Shown here in pieces: positions 62,662 to 64,000 of a stretch of 64,000 nucleotides of DNA. The notes below the pieces were generated by a model. The model saw only the letters and a list, made by a program, of their open reading frames with translations, was not told the origin of the DNA and made no database searches. Source of the stretch: a virus; the IMG/VR virus record IMGVR_UViG_3300023223_000479; one strand, written 5' to 3'. How positions within the stretch are numbered: position 1 is the stretch's first letter; every line of letters begins with the position of its first letter. Position numbers and translations under genes: made by a program.

Positions 62662-63258
62662 CTAATTCGCATCTCTAATCTTTCCTTTAAGATCATGCTT
62701 CTTAATGAGGTATGCCCTTATTTTTTCTAACTTATCCCAACACTTCATCTCATTTCTAACCTGACCTACCCCGTTATCCATATGGGTATGACACTCGCAA
62801 CATGTAGGTACTTGATTCTCTTTATCCAGCACTAGCCCCTCATGCCCTCCACACTCACCTACTCCTATTACATGGGCATAATTACAAGCTTCATTACAGC
62901 TTAACCACCTACCACACTCTATACAATAATTATTTTCTTCATCTAACCATTCCTCCTTTAATTCAAGCCGTACTAACCTTAATTTAGCCTTAATATCTTT
63001 ATTTTGCTTTGTTTGCTGTTTGATGCGCTGTGAGGAGCTATCTTTTGATTTTGATACTCTCGTATCAGAATACCTTAGATAACTCCTCCTGCCGTATGTA
63101 GTGACTACGTAATCACCTATATTAGATTCCTCCTTAACCCTATCCTGCCACTTCTTAGTACTATCCTTCTGATACTCATTATAATGATTCCAACACCTAC
63201 TAAGTTTCCTGGCTACCTCTTGACATCCCTTAACACTGCATATTTGTATTTTACCCAT
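62662..63258 (-). CDS. NinG/HNH-like protein (start MGKIQ)
   Basis: N-terminal CSVKGC...C..H and C-terminal CIECG...AHVI...CCECH. The tracked N-terminal extension runs through palindrome 63260. Confidence 0.65.
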   Translation of the reverse strand: MGKIQICSVKGCQEVARKLSRCWNHYNEYQKDSTKKWQDRVKEESNIGDYVVTTYGRRSYLRYSDTRVSKSKDSSSQRIKQQTKQNKDIKAKLRLVRLELKEEWLDEENNYCIECGRWLSCNEACNYAHVIGVGECGGHEGLVLDKENQVPTCCECHTHMDNGVGQVRNEMKCWDKLEKIRAYLIKKHDLKGKIRDAN

Positions 63259-63283
63259 CTGTAAAAATTTTACACCTCTAAAC

Positions 63284-63496
63284 TTATAAGTCATTAACAG
63301 CATTTAATGCAGTTGTTAAAGACTTAACTACTTCCTTTATATTTTTAACCCCCTTCAATCCATCCAAAGCAATCTCTATCTCATCCTCAAGATGATGTAA
63401 CTTTGCATGTAGCATATGACACTCAGCCACAGCTAACAAATATTTTGTATCCTGAGAGGGACAATCAACCTGCTCAGATTTTGGTATATAATTCAT
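63284..63496 (-). CDS. Hypothetical protein
   Basis: Single gene between palindromes 63260 and 63514. Confidence 0.6.
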   Translation of the reverse strand: MNYIPKSEQVDCPSQDTKYLLAVAECHMLHAKLHHLEDEIEIALDGLKGVKNIKEVVKSLTTALNAVNDL

Positions 63497-63530
63497 TGCT
63501 TATTAAATTAATTTGTAAAATTTTTACACC

Positions 63531-64000
63531 CTATCCTATTAATCTGGAGGGCTCAGTCTCTCCTCCCTCTATTCTCAATACATCGGCATGAGTCATATCC
63601 ATAGTCTGACAATGGGTAATAATATGGGTATTGATTGTTTCCAGATCGACTAAGAATATCTGAGATAATCGATGTACAGTATCAACATCAATATTACTAT
63701 AAGGCTCATCAAATATCTGTAGATCCACATTTACTTTCTCCCTCCACAACCTACCCAAACTCTTAGCCAATAATACATTTGCTATAACCAATTGGCCGGA
63801 ACTCGCCTTAGCTGCCAACCTCTCCCGGCCCTGTATCATCAACTCACACTCAAACCTATTACCCTCATCTACAAAGAATCTAATATTAGTCCCTAACTCA
63901 CTGGCATACTCATGAGCATACCTGTTAATCCTATCCAACTTCAGATTAATGATAAACTTCTTTAAGCCCCTGGCTCCACATATCTTAGAGGATACATAAA
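63531..64000 (-). CDS. SbcC/Rad50 (gp46-like) ABC ATPase, 5'-truncated by the window edge
   Basis: Frame open to the window end (..GARGLKKFIINLKLDRIN..); signature ASSGQ, Walker B/D-loop IFDEPYSNID, H-loop IITH. Confidence 0.88.
   Translation of the reverse strand, partial: YVSSKICGARGLKKFIINLKLDRINRYAHEYASELGTNIRFFVDEGNRFECELMIQGRERLAAKASSGQLVIANVLLAKSLGRLWREKVNVDLQIFDEPYSNIDVDTVHRLSQIFLVDLETINTHIITHCQTMDMTHADVLRIEGGETEPSRLIG

Larger units (their letters stand above)
1761..63528. repeat. Dispersed 15-bp palindrome TGTAAAAWTTTTACA (35 copies)
   Basis: Start positions on +. TGTAAAATTTTTACA: 1761, 7066, 11723, 15118, 22540, 26419, 30233, 32089, 35178, 36181, 38753, 40556, 45685, 47150, 50302, 61021, 61389, 63514. 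TGTAAAAATTTTACA: 4441, 10447, 17416, 25981, 31400, 35097, 44302, 44628, 57953, 63260. One mismatch: 12083, 38210, 49087 (TGTAAATTTTTTACA), 54389 (TGTAAAAAATTTACA), 15793, 28072 (TATAAAAATTTTACA), 42140 (TGTAACATTTTTACA). Confidence 0.97.

Noticed and set aside
1761-63528. Palindrome copies as a CRISPR array
   Set aside because: The repeat is only 15 bp, spacing is irregular (81 bp to 5 kb) and contains whole genes, and no cas genes are present.
1761-63528. Palindromes as classical integron attC sites
   Set aside because: No RYYYAAC...GTTRRRY cores, no long imperfect stem with extrahelical bases, and no IntI-like gene in the window. Any cassette system would need a different mechanism.
1761-63528. 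Palindrome as a mini-transposon or footprint (TGT...ACA ends as in Tn7 or Mu)
   Set aside because: Flanks show no consistent target-site duplication; CC|CC at 7066 and 26419 is not seen at most other copies.
425-63591. Plus-strand ORF-track entries antisense to real genes (e.g. 425-619, 5656-5859, 18535-18870, 22038-22394, 46833-47246, 48358-48639, 53458-53724) and minus-strand 55346-55585
   Set aside because: Shadow ORFs fully overlapping motif-bearing genes on the other strand, with Ser/Ile/Pro-biased antisense composition and no promoters.
1-64000. Stop-codon reassignment (as in some Bacteroidota phages)
   Set aside because: Long conserved genes (terL, helicases, MTases, the 834-aa ORF) are intact in code 11, and TAA, TAG and TGA all end genes at sensible junctions.

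Overview
A 64-kb segment of a large tailed dsDNA phage genome (Caudoviricetes), gene-dense, AT-rich and almost entirely minus-strand. The host is very likely Bacteroidota: TAnnTTTG-type -7 promoter boxes recur, Shine-Dalgarno motifs are not evident, and the tail genes and an IS1380 transposase are Bacteroidota-style. Recognisable genes: a tail/neck module with a probable -1 frameshifted tail-assembly chaperone, RNase H, UvrD-like and Dda/RecD-like helicases, a Dcm-like C5 and a D12-class N6 DNA methyltransferase, terminase large subunit, probable overlapping spanins, tail fibre/spike genes, HNH nucleases, a gp30.3/NADAR protein, a MOSC protein, a chimeric ThyX, a RusA-like resolvase, the end of an SbcC/Rad50-like ATPase, an IS1380 transposase, a tRNA-Ala-like element with a broken anticodon arm, and many small hypothetical genes. 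The most striking feature is a 15-bp palindrome, TGTAAAAWTTTTACA, with 28 exact and 7 single-mismatch copies counted by eye. Almost all copies sit at gene junctions, where they often supply the stop codon or lie 1-4 nt before the next ATG. Pairs of copies exactly bracket three inverted gene blocks, and a 25-bp direct repeat built on the palindrome brackets the Dcm module. This points to an undescribed genome-wide site system (cassette recombination, or a dimeric regulator/architectural protein). All functional calls rest on motif recognition by eye; no database searches were run.
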